From NCBI GenBank assembly GCA_025594325.1, contig JANHCV010000014.1:930001-994000 (forward strand): a stretch of DNA of 64,000 bases. The letters are read 5' to 3'. Position 1 is the first letter of the stretch; each line of letters opens with the position of its first letter. The notes beneath the pieces were generated by a model. The model was not told the DNA's origin. It saw nothing but the letters and a program-made list of their open reading frames with translations, and searched no databases. The translations under genes and the position numbers were made by a program. Below are positions 1 to 10,325 of the stretch, piece by piece. Origin of the DNA: Blastocladiella emersonii ATCC 22665. Taxonomy: Eukaryota > Fungi > Blastocladiomycota.

Positions 1-90
1 CAAATGGGTCGAGGACATGGCTAACAGCGCCAAGCACGAGTTCGATGCAGAGACGGCGCGTGTCGTCGTCCGCGAGCTCCAGCGCGTCGC

Positions 91-303
91 TGTAAGGGTG
101 AGGGTCCCAAGGGTGGTTCGACGGGCGAGTATTACGTGGGTAATAAATGGTCTTGTTCCGTGAGGAGCGAGGACCGGGCGGACCGCTCCTCCGGCTTATG
201 AATCAATCACAAACAGACACGTCCGAGACGGGAAACCGGTGACGCCACTTGCGCCGCGGTCCGCGTGCGCGTTGCGCCACACCTGTCACGCTGCGTCGTG
301 ACA
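91..303 (-). repeat. 3' LTR
   Basis: Matches 2471-2683 except a/g (247 vs 2627) and c/t (270 vs 2650); adjacent to the PPT. Confidence 0.95.
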
Positions 304-306
304 CTA

Positions 307-323
307 TCCCCCTCTCCCCCCCC
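307..323 (-). other. Polypurine tract
   Basis: Plus-strand TCCCCCTCTCCCCCCCC, a G/A-only run on the minus strand, ending 3 nt from the 3' LTR. Confidence 0.85.
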
Positions 324-1004
324 GAGGTCCGTCACGGAGGTCGGGATCGAGGATCGGGGTGCGTCACGACGACGTGATGGACCGTGCGCCGTGGTTGCGC
401 GATGATCGGGTCGGGTCGCCACCTCGCGCGGGATCGGGTGCGCCATGAGGTGCGACGTGATGGTCGGGTCGGGTACTGGTCGGGTACTGGAACGTGTTCT
501 TGGTCTCGTTGACGCACTTGACGTCGTGTCGATCGTCTTCTTGAGCATGAGCCAGCACCGGATGTCGAAGGCCATCTCGACGAGCACGAAGATCGGGTAC
601 CACGCGTCGAGGTGGTAGGCGAGCTGCGGGTCGAGGATGCGGTCGAGCGTCGGCTGCGGCTTGAGCACGGTGATGGCGATGGCGACGACGACGTGTCCTT
701 GAACGTGAGCGACACGTTGAGCGTGAACTTGGTGACGATGAAGGCGAGGACTTGCCCGTGAACTCGATCGGCTAGTCGCGCGTGAACTTGACGATGACGA
801 CGACGTGCCCATGAACTTGAGCGACACGTCGTGCGTGAACTTGGTGTAGGCGATGACGCGCCATTGAACTTGATCGGCGCGCCGTACGTGATCTTGAGGG
901 CGGAGATGACGATGACGATGACGTGGCCATGAACTCGGCCGACATGTTGTCCGTGAACTTGAACGCGAGTACCGAGCACAGCGGCGCGTGCGTGGCCCGC
1001 GGAT

Positions 1005-1200
1005 CGAGACGAACGTGTCGGGCGACTGCTACGAGTCGGGCGACTTCTCGAACCGCGAAAGCTGCAACCCGTGTTGCAGCCCATGCCGGTGCGCGGCGCG
1101 TGCCGTGGCCCGTGGTCCGAGACGAGCGTGTCGGGCGACTGATACGGGTCGGGCGACATCTCGAACCACGTCTGCTGCGACCCGTGTCGCAGCCCGTGCT
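1005..1200. repeat. Diverged tandem duplication, period about 113 bp, in the gag-like region
   Basis: cgagacgaacgtgtcgggcgactgctacgagtcgggcgac... at 1005 versus cgagacgagcgtgtcgggcgactgatacgggtcgggcgac... at 1118. Confidence 0.8.
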
Positions 1201-1675
1201 GGTACTTGGTCATCTTCTGCTGCTGCGCATCTCGTACTTGTCGAGGTGCAGGCCGTGGACCGTCGCCACGCCTGCCGGTCGGCCCCGCGACCGTTGATGT
1301 ACTTGGACGTGTTCTCGCCGTACTTCGCACGGCGCCCCATCCCCCTCCTAACGGCCGACGCCCTCGTCGGCCTCGGCCCCATGGCCCAGCGTCGGCGATG
1401 GTGGGTGGTCTGGAGCAAGGAGTGGGCGCCGTCGAGCGGATCTGGTAGTTGTTGAAGGCCTGCGAGAGATGGCCGCGGATCTTGCGCGACTCGTTCCCGC
1501 AGGGGTTCGCGACGAGGAACAGGAACTCGGTGATCGGAAAAAACGAGGGCCACGACTCGATGTCGGCGGCCTCGAAGCACTTGATCGTGGCGCTCAGTCG
1601 GCGCCCTTGGTCTCGATGAAGTGCACGGCATGCGCAAGCTTAGTCTCAGCGAAGCTGCGCAGCGCCCGCGTGTCG

Positions 1676-1800
1676 TCGGCGTCCGCGACGCCCTCGTGGT
1701 CTCGGCGTCCGCGACGCCCTCGTGGTCTCGGCGTCCGCGACGCCCTCGGTCTCGGCGTCCATGTGCGACGCCAGCTTGGTCTCGGCGTCCAGGCGCGACG
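1676..1800. repeat. Tandem repeat array of tcggcgtcc... units spaced 26, 26, 24 and 30 bp
   Basis: Units start at 1676, 1702, 1728, 1752 and 1782. Confidence 0.85.
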
Positions 1801-2459
1801 CCCGCGCGCGACGCCTGCGTGTTCTTGGCGTCCGCGACGATGCCCGTGGACTCGGCGCCCTTGAACTCGGCGCCCGTGGACTGGTGGTGCCGGCCGACCG
1901 CCGCGATCTCGGCGGTCTCGAACGACGCCCGTGGTCTTGATCATCCCTTGATACCGATGCCTTCGGTCTCGATGCCCATGGTGTTGGCGCGACGTAGCCC
2001 GACGACTGCAGGCGTACGTCTCGGCGCGGTACGGCCCGCCGCCAGCGTGTACGTCTCGGTGCGTCGTCGCCCGACAAGCGCAGGTGCGCGTCTCGGTGCA
2101 AATCCATGCCCGACGACCAGGTACACGTGCGCATCTCGGCGCGACGAGGCCGGCCAACGTCCCCGTACACGGCTCGGCGCCGTACAGCCCGACAACAACA
2201 GGTGCACGTCTTAGCTCCATGCCGACCGTCGACCATGGTGCGTGTGTCTCGGCGTGGGTCGCGTGGAGTCGGCGGGGGACCACGAGCGTGAGCACCGCCA
2301 CGACGACTCGCCGCCCGCCGGCCGCGCGGCGCGACCGCAGGCGGGCCCTCGGCGGCGACGACGACTGCTTGGGGATCCGGGAAGCTGCTGTCGACGCCGT
2401 GGGCGGCTGCGAGTTGAGCCCGACGGGTCGCCCGTCTTGCCACCGGTGGGGAGGGGGTG

Positions 2460-2468
2460 ACGGAACAA
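2460..2468 (-). other. Candidate self-complementary primer-binding site
   Basis: Minus-strand TTGTTCCGT begins 2 nt inside the 5' LTR boundary and is complementary to ACGGAACAA within the LTR (2533-2541). No TGG-starting tRNA-type PBS is present. Confidence 0.6.
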
Positions 2469-2470
2469 AG

Positions 2471-2683
2471 TGTAAGGGTGAGGGTCCCAAGGGTGGTTCG
2501 ACGGGCGAGTATTACGTGGGTAATAAATGGTCTTGTTCCGTGAGGAGCGAGGACCGGGCGGACCGCTCCTCCGGCTTATGAATCAATCACAAACAGACAC
2601 GTCCGAGACGGGAAACCGGTGACGCCGCTTGCGCCGCGGTCCGCGTGCGTGTTGCGCCACACCTGTCACGCTGCGTCGTGACA
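2471..2683 (-). repeat. 5' LTR
   Basis: Direct repeat of 91-303. Confidence 0.95.
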
Positions 2684-3599
2684 GTCGCGCCCGTGGCGTC
2701 GCGGAACTCTGCCGAGCACTTCCTCGCGTCGCTCAACCTCTAATGAATGTCGGACGTGCACCGTGAGGCACAAACGGCCACTCGCTTGTGAATACATGAT
2801 TCTTTGATTTACACTCGCTGCATTGAACACGTTGCTCCTGTTATCGGCTTCAGCGCGCGTGGCTAGGCGAAAACTGATTTACAGGTGACAACGCCAGCAG
2901 GGGGCAATTCTGCAACGTTGCGTTTCGAGGTCGTTTTCATGATTTAGTCGTGAACTCGGTCCTCGGATGAATAGACTAGAGGAAAATCATATACGCGAGA
3001 ACTTCAAAAAAAAGGAGGAAGCAGGTGCTTGGGGCTGGGAGCTGCTGTGTTCTCCGCGCCCTCTGCCACAGAGCAACGGATCTGTTACACCTCTATCCCG
3101 TGGATTCGCCACGATTGCGGGTTGGGTCTGAGAGGACCACCTGGCCACGGGATCTTACGCTAGGCTCCCAATCATGATACGTGTGGGTCTGTCGCGGGAC
3201 ATTCACCGTACGCGGCCCAAGCCTCGTCTGCTCCACTGGGTAGCAAGCCGTCTCGTTCCTAGCATCCCTGGTTCCTGCATTGCTGATGTGGACTGAACGA
3301 GTAGCGACAGGGACTCGAACCCTGCTCGCCAGCCCGGAACCAGAGAGGCACGGCCGATCCGGCTCACTACCCTCCGACTGCACAGAGAACAAATTCGCCC
3401 ACGAGTCTGACCCCACGCGCGAGCATCGGAATGCAGCACAACATGTCACTGTTCGGAATGCTATGCGGTGATTGCGGAGGGGACAAAGCGACGGCTTGCG
3501 TTCTTTCCACGCGCGAGTGTGAGACACGTCTCGAAACGCGTCTCGCATTGGTCACGCGAAAGTCACATGATGCCCGAATGAGCTCCCGATTAGGCTCGC

Positions 3600-6114
3600 A
3601 TGGCGATCGCACGCCTTCCTCCCTCCCCTCGAGCCATGAATCGAATGAAGGAACAAGACTCTATGCAACGGACCATTGAAACCTCCGAGAGTGTCGTCAC
3701 GGCTTCCGCGACACCCTCGTCGTCGGAGCTGGTCGGAGGTGGCGTCGCGCCCAACAAGCTCCTCGATGCCCAGTTCGCCGCGCTTCCCGAGACAATCATT
3801 ACGCTTGTCCTTCAGCTTGCTTTGCCACGTGCTTCTCTCTGTGCGGCCACCCGTGGCTTGGCCGAGACGACACGCGACCCCCGAATTGCACGGATCTGGG
3901 CGCCGATTGCGCTTCGTCGCTTGACCAACCAGGATCTTGCCGAGGAGTCCAAATATGCACGCTGCAACCAAACCCTGTTCGAGTTCGCGGCCGTATTCGA
4001 CCAAGCTTACCTTAACTCGCGGCGGCCGAAGCCACTCGAGGGAATCATCAGCCCTGAGCCGCAGCTGCTTTTCGCTTTCATGAGTGGTTGTCTATTCGAC
4101 CTTCGTCGACTCGCCCACCAAGACCCGCTGCGCTTCAGAATGACCACGATTGTCGCCCTGCGTGATCACCTCGTCACCCCGTTCGACCAACCATTGCAGG
4201 ACCCTGACCAACTGCGCTGCGTCCCACACCCGCTGCTTCTTGCACCCTACCTCGTTCTTGCCGCGGCTGTACACACGAACGATGCGGGGCTACTCGACAA
4301 ACTGCTTGATATCGTCGAGCAGAGCCTTCCCGCTGTCCTTGGTACTCAGCTCTCAGCATCGCTTTGGTGGAATCTTACACTGCAGGGGAGACGTTACTTT
4401 GATGCAGCGGGGCTGCCCAACGCGTTAGCAGCGGAACCCAGGAGCGCTTCGTTCCTTGAGCACCTCCTCATGCTTGCCACCGTTTCATGGAGCGACAAGA
4501 GCTATCACGTTCTCAGCAACCCGCGCTTTGAACTTGACCTCGACGCGGTTGCCCATTTACTCGGTGCCAACGTGCTTGCGGTGTTCGCAATCACAACTCT
4601 TGATCAGCACGGTTCGCGTTCGCCCTTGGAACTCTTGCCCCTCTTTGACTGGCTCTTCCGCTCCAGCAAGCCAGAGCCCATGCGAATTCCCGACGACAAC
4701 CATGTCACGTTCTACCTCGTGCGCAAGGGCGTGCCCCCGCTTTTTTTCGTGTATGCCGCAGAGATGTTCCCTGAATTGATCGAGGCGGACATAGAGCAAG
4801 GGGACCTCGACGCGATTGCACGGCTGATTGAGCAGTGGTCTCACGACGATTTGGACACGGACTACGTTGCGTACCTCGACAAGCTTGATCTCCTTAGCGA
4901 CATGGCATGGGTTCTCCTTCTCGGTGCGGGAATGCTGCAGGACAACGGAGTGGGCGACGGCGATTTTACTCTGTTCGCCGTCAAGCAGCTGGGACCCCGA
5001 TTCCAAGTTGTTCTTTTCAATGGTACACGGGGCAACTTGACTTGTTTCGATAGCTTCACTCATTCGTTTTGATCGCAACGTAGCAATCGGCCTCAGCATG
5101 TTCCACAACTACTGCGACGGCCGTGACGTGGCCCACTTGCTGCGTCTCGGTGCCCGCCACCTTGGCGAAACGGAGCTCGAACGCTCGCTGCGCGACGTGG
5201 CCGTCAGGCTCTTACATGCCTCCGTTTTCCGCGGAAGCCAGGGCATGACTGACACTGGATTTGTCGAGTCGATTCTGAGCCAGCTCTTCACTAGCACGGA
5301 CGATCCGCAGCAGCTGAGCCCGTGGCTGCTATTCTGCCTTGCCAACGAGATTCTCGATGCCTTCATCTTCATGAATCCCCCGGGGTTCTATCAAACGGTC
5401 GGGTGGGTTGTGGCGGCTGTTATTGCCGACCCGTCAACCCGCGACGCGGCTTTGGGTCGCATCGACAACGGCCGCAACGCGCCGCCGTTCCTCGTGGCCA
5501 TGATATATGCCCAGCTGTCGCAGGCCGGCAACACGGACCCTCGGGACCCGCTCACACCAACTGGGCGCTGTACTCTTGAGACCCACGAGTCGTGGTTCGA
5601 TGCAATGCTCAAGGTGCAGCAGATTGTCCGCGCAACTCTTGATAGCAGCACGGAGGAGTGGTTCCCGTTGGACCTCCTTTCCTTGATTCGCGAGAAAATT
5701 CTGCAGGACCCGCAGCCCGGCCTTCGCGCTCTCCTCGATTTGGAGCTTGCAAGCGGTGTTGGCCACTCCACGTGCCCGCACTGCGGCGCCGCGCTGGTCC
5801 CGCCGCTCCGTCGCACGTGCGAGCTCCTTGCCTCGACTGAACTCAACTCCACGCTTGCAGCATGCTTGCGTGATTCCGTGGTTCCGCTTGCGTTCTGGGA
5901 GCTGGTTCCTGATGGCCAACTCGATCAAGTTTGTTCGCCGTCGTGGGTCGTGGACATGTTGCGCAATACCAAGGCTGCGCTTGACAGCGACACGGTCGCG
6001 GCAATCATTCGCGAGTTCCGTCGCATCGCACCCACGGCCGCAAACTCAGTTGAGTTCAACGCCGCGGTGCTCGAGTCGGTCGCATTGAGCGGCGCTGAGC
6101 TTGCGCACGACTAG
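3600..6114 (+). CDS. Lineage-specific protein of about 800 aa with an F-box-like N-terminal motif and helical body; intron about 5023-5083
   Basis: ORFs 3600-5072 and 5098-6114 join in frame across a 61-nt GT(ACAC)...(CGT)AG intron. Motif AQFAALPETIITLVLQLA is shared with the paralogs at 29602 and 35748. Confidence 0.7.
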
Positions 6115-6314
6115 TCGAGCGCATGCCCATTTCCGTTCTGTGTTCTGTTGTGATCGTCCGTCCATATTAGTATCTCTGAATTTCCGCGCGTTGTTCACCC
6201 GCACGTGCTCCAGCCGAGAGATGACGTTCGCCTGTGAGTCGCCGATTTCCCGTGGCGCCCAAACGGAGTCGCCTGGTTCACGCCTCCCGCTCCCACAGCA
6301 ACCACGCGCTTGCA

Positions 6315-7067
6315 ATGAAAGCAACACCGCACATCATGCAAACTCCATGCAATATGCTAGTCAGCTTACCGTCACACTTTGAGCGCGAGATCGCGCAATA
6401 TCTATTGCCTCGAGATGCGGCTGCGCTTCGGGCCGTTAGTCGCTCCGTTGCCGCGTCGGAGCTTTGGCGCTGCAACTCCGACATGCCGTTACGTGTCGCT
6501 CTTGCGGCAGGAGACCTGTCGACATTTTTGGCGCTCGCGCCCGCGTACCATGGAACTAGTACTCGAACCGCGCATGGCGGTCGATCGCGCTCACGTTTGG
6601 AGCGACGCTTGCTCGTTGGGCGAAAGTTGGAGGCAATCGTTCTCCGCGATGCTGGCCCTGGCCCTACGTGGAAGGTCTTGCAGGCGTATTGTCATGGAAA
6701 GCTGCCCTTTGACGGTGCCCTCTACGTCGAGCTTTACAACCTTGCCATCAAGCGAAATGCAGCCAGCGCCATGCATGTCGCAGCCGCGGACGACGTGGTA
6801 ATAGTCAGCTGCCCCGGAATCGGTGACGTTCCAGTTGGTCCAAGAACCGCGTGTTGCGAAGATTGCAAGCGCATCCATGCGCGCTTCGGTGTCGAGTTGC
6901 CGAGACCAGTGTGCGGTGAGAGAGGCGGTGCGGACCGCGCGCGGAACAAAGCGCGTCCAAAGATCATCCAGGACGTGCAACTTGAGATCGAACTGGCCGC
7001 CACACGGCAGTCACCTTCTTGTGGCCAAACACGTTTGCCGCGAGGAACGCGTTCTCCGTGTACTTGA
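6315..7067 (+). CDS. Small protein with an F-box-like motif
   Basis: LVSLPSHFEREIAQYLLPRDAAALRAVSRSV fits the F-box pattern LP.E....I..YL...D...L..VSR. Confidence 0.5.
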   Translation: MKATPHIMQTPCNMLVSLPSHFEREIAQYLLPRDAAALRAVSRSVAASELWRCNSDMPLRVALAAGDLSTFLALAPAYHGTSTRTAHGGRSRSRLERRLLVGRKLEAIVLRDAGPGPTWKVLQAYCHGKLPFDGALYVELYNLAIKRNAASAMHVAAADDVVIVSCPGIGDVPVGPRTACCEDCKRIHARFGVELPRPVCGERGGADRARNKARPKIIQDVQLEIELAATRQSPSCGQTRLPRGTRSPCT

Positions 7068-8219
7068 CTTCGAGCCCCGACTTGAGCCACCACTCGACCA
7101 CCTTATCGTGTCCCTTGGCGCTCGCGCCGTCGAGCGCCGCAGCCGTGTCCCTGAGCGTGAGTCCAGCCTTGTACCACTCCTCGAGGATCTCAACGTCGCC
7201 ATTTCGGCTCACCTTGTCGAGGGTTGTCAGGATCTCCTTGTTCACCTTGGCGTTTGGTTTGAGTGGTTTTGAAGTGACGACGAGGCCCCTGTGCAATACC
7301 ATCGAACAACGGACACATTCCCCGTCTCACTCGCGCGTTCCAGCGCGTAGCCGAGTTGAGCGAACCCGAGACTCGAGAACTTTTCGCACCGCTCCCACCA
7401 CCACTCAAGCACATCCATCTGATTGCCGATGCAAGCCAACACCGTTTGGACCACCATCGGGCTACCAACTGGGAGGTGTCCGTCGGCCTCAAACGCGTCA
7501 AGGATGCTGATCTGGCCCTCGTGTGTTGCCTTGTCCAACACACTTGAATCCGAGTCGCCCGGGGCATAGCCAATGCGCCAAATCAGCCGAACCACTTCCA
7601 CTTACCCGAACCGCACCGCGTTGGCGAGCACCTGCGCCTTGTTGAAGCCCAGGTACGGTGTTTGCAGGAGGTACTCGAGAATCTTCGGCCGCGGCGTTCC
7701 GCGAGCAAACACGAACACATCATCGAGCATCTGGCCCAGCTGAGGTGTAAACTTGCCGGCGAGAACGGCCGCCGACATGCGGTCGGCGCGGTCGTCGCGG
7801 AGAATGTGGACCGGCGACATGTCCGGAATGTAGTCCATGGCGAAGTCGCGCAACTGCGGGGTGCATCGGACTACGTTGAGGTATTCGCGGATCTCGGTTG
7901 CGGCCAGCGTCTCCCGCGCTGTGACTCCTGGGCATGACGGATTCAGGTCGTAGGTGCCGTGTCGCCGCTGGATGTCACAGGTTGCGCGGTGCGAAGGAAC
8001 CCCTTTGCACGAAGCCCTGGCGGCAAAATACAGAATGCACTCAATGAGCTCGATGGGAAGGGATGGGGTAGCGCGGATCGGGTCTGGTACTGCGACGGCC
8101 GCCGGCTTTTTAGGCTTGGGTGTGCCGCGAGGTTTGCGTCGAAAGCTGCCGCGGCGTTTGCTCGCCGTGATGTCGGCGGACACATGGTTCAACTGGGCTC
8201 TGAGGGGTTGAGAGAGCAA
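6964..8219 (-). pseudogene. F-box-like plus ankyrin-like repeat gene (WW..SG family), apparently disrupted
   Basis: SLPIELIECILY motif and repeats ALERASETGNVSVVRW and ALDGASAKGHDKVVEWWLKSGLEVKYTENA. There is an in-frame TAA at 7602-7604 (or a GTAAGT donor) and a frame change near 7290-7300. Start codon unclear. Confidence 0.7.
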
Positions 8220-8767
8220 GGATTGAAAAGACCTAGAATGAAGGGGAGCTTCCGAGCGAAGAGTGAATGCGGCCTCAGGGAAGTGCGCATTATTGAGTTG
8301 CTCCTCTGAACGGCATTAATGACCCCCGCCAACTCTCGATCTAATAACCCATTTCTCTGATACCCATCGCTCTTGAAGTGCAAGACTCGAGAAATCGCCC
8401 AAGAGCGGTGGTTTCGAGACGCGTCTATCTATCATGTGACCTAAGTCAGTGTGGCGCAACGCGTCCGACCCCTGGGAAAGGCGGGCGAGCGGTTCACGAG
8501 CCGGCCATGCAATGGACTTGTTGTTCTTTCTCTCGGGCGGATGCGGAGCGAGCCAGAGCGCCTAAAGGAGACCAAGAGCCAGCTATGCGACGGCCCATTC
8601 GTTTGTTCATTCTGGCGGACGTGTCGCGAACCAGGACGCCCATCGCGCACCAAGGCCCGTACGTGTGCAAAATTCCGGCGAGCAGCTCGCATTTACCCAT
8701 GTCAATTGAATGGTAGCCTAACTATCATGTATTCTTATCCTCCTCGCCAATCGCGCTCCCGCGAGCA

Positions 8768-10100
8768 TCAATGGCGCGTCTTGGCCTTCTTAGCCGCGGG
8801 TCTTGGCGCCGCGGCCGCGTCCGACTCGGCGGGAGCCGCCGCGGCCGCCTTGCGCTTCTGCTTCTTGCCGGCGGCAGCGGTCGCCACCTTAGCAGCAGCG
8901 GATTTTGGTGTCGCGGGGGCGGGCGTCGGCTCGGGCTCGGGCTCCGGCTGGACCTCCTCCTCGACTTCCACCTCCACCTCCGCCTCCGCCTCCGCCTCCT
9001 CGGCAGCAGCCTCCGTCTCCTCGACCTCGTCCTCGTCAACGAGCGCGGCATCGAGCGCGTCGATGGCGAGGCACGTGAGGCGGCACTTGGCGTCGAGCTC
9101 GGCGATCGGCTGGACGGGCTCGCACTTCGCGTCAGCGGGGACCTCCCAGACGGCGATGCCGCCGGTACTGCTGGCGGCGGCGACGTAGTGCAACGTGGTG
9201 CCGTCCTCGGCGGTGAACGAGGTGCACTGGACCGAGCGAATGCGCGAGGTCGGCTTGGCGGTGCGGGCGAAGGTGGCGATGGTGCGGATCGCGCGCTCCT
9301 CCTCCTCCTCCTCCTCGGCGTCGTTGGCGGGCTCGGCCGCCTCCGAGATCTCGATGGCGATGAAGGACCCGTCCTCGGCGCCGATGGCGACGCGGCGCTC
9401 GTCGATAAAGGCGAACGCGTTAAGGCGGACCTGTGGCGACGCGTGGGTCGCGAGCGTCGACGTCGACGCCGTGTCGTACAGCACGACCATGTGGTTGAAC
9501 AGGATCGCGTAGGTCGAGCCCGACGGCGAGAACTGGATGGCGCAGGGGGCTACGTGAGAGGAACAGAGTGGTTAGGGACGAGTTACGGTCGCGATGGCGA
9601 AGCCGCGTACTGTCGGGGAGGCGCGTCTTGGACGCCTTGAGCCCGCGGAGCAGGTTCCAGCAGATGATCTGGCGGTCCGCCGCAACCGTAAGCGCGAGCT
9701 TGCCCGAGGGATGGATCGCGATCCCGGCGATCGCGGCCTTGTGTCCCTTGAGCGTCGTCAGCGGCTCCCAGTCCTTTGTCCGCCACATGACGAGCTTCCC
9801 GTTCTCGTCGCCGGACATGAGGTGCGTGGTCTCGAAGGCGGCGAGGGCGCTGACGGTCGCATTGTGGAGGAACAGCTCGCCCATGGACCGCATGGTGCGG
9901 AGCGAGAAGACCTTGATGAGCTCGTCCTGCCCACCGGTGGCGAGGACGCCGCCGGCGCGCGGCGAGATGGCGACCGACTTGATGCACCCGATGTGCGCGC
10001 CGAACGCGAACAGCTGCTCCGAGGCGGCCGTCGCCGTGTCGAGCGCGTAGCCGAACAGCAGCCGCTCGTACGAGCCCGCGACGATGCGGAGGACGGGCAT
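8768..10100 (-). CDS. MAK11: WD40 60S ribosome biogenesis factor, MAK11/PAK1IP1-like; intron 9550-9610
   Basis: LRIVAGSYERLLFG, AHIGCIKSVA, LATGGQDELIKVF, TLKGHKAAIAGIAIHPSGKLALTVAADRQIICWNLLRG, and a C-terminal CRLTCL motif. Confidence 0.88.
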
Positions 10101-10325
10101 GGTGGTTGCTTTCGTGGGGTGGTGGGGTGTTGATGCGTAGCAACGAACGTCGTCGAGGATGACGGCTTGCGGCGGGTGGGGCGGCGATCAGCGCGGTGGA
10201 ACGCGAGGGACGACAAAGGCGTCGCGGTCACGTGCCGTCACATGACACGTTGTCGCGCCTCTTCTTGACGCGTTTTACTTCTCAGTTGCTCGCCATCGTG
10301 TAGAGGATCAAAAAGAGAGACTATA

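Larger units (their letters stand above)
91..2683 (-). mobile_element. Non-autonomous LTR retroelement (Ty3/Gypsy-like; degenerate gag and possible protease relic; no RT, RNase H or integrase seen)
   Basis: 213-bp direct repeats at 91-303 and 2471-2683 with TGT...ACA ends and 2 mismatches. GTCGC flanks both sides (86-90, 2684-2688). The PPT lies on the minus strand. Frameshifted internal fragments such as QQKMTKYQHGLR and KYGENTSKYING resemble retrotransposon Gag. Confidence 0.92.
1..2743 (+). pseudogene. 3' end of an F-box-like helical-family gene, interrupted by the LTR element
   Basis: Removing 91-2688 (element plus one TSD copy) restores the frame KWVEDMANSAKHEFDAETARVVVRELQRVAPVASRNSAEHFLASLNL* (TAA at 2741-2743). 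This aligns by eye with the C-terminus of the 3600-6114 protein (SWVVDMLRNTKAALDSDTVAAIIREFRRIAPTAANSVEF). Confidence 0.75.

Noticed and set aside
142-147. AATAAA in the LTR as the element's polyadenylation signal
   Set aside because: It is on the strand opposite to element transcription and lies upstream of the read-through stop of the host gene.
1676-1800. CRISPR-like array
   Set aside because: The units are adjacent with no unique spacers, lie inside an LTR element in eukaryotic DNA, and have no cas genes.
9280-9320. CCT/GAG trinucleotide runs and Gly, Ala or Gln tracts in several genes
   Set aside because: Ordinary low-complexity coding tracts.
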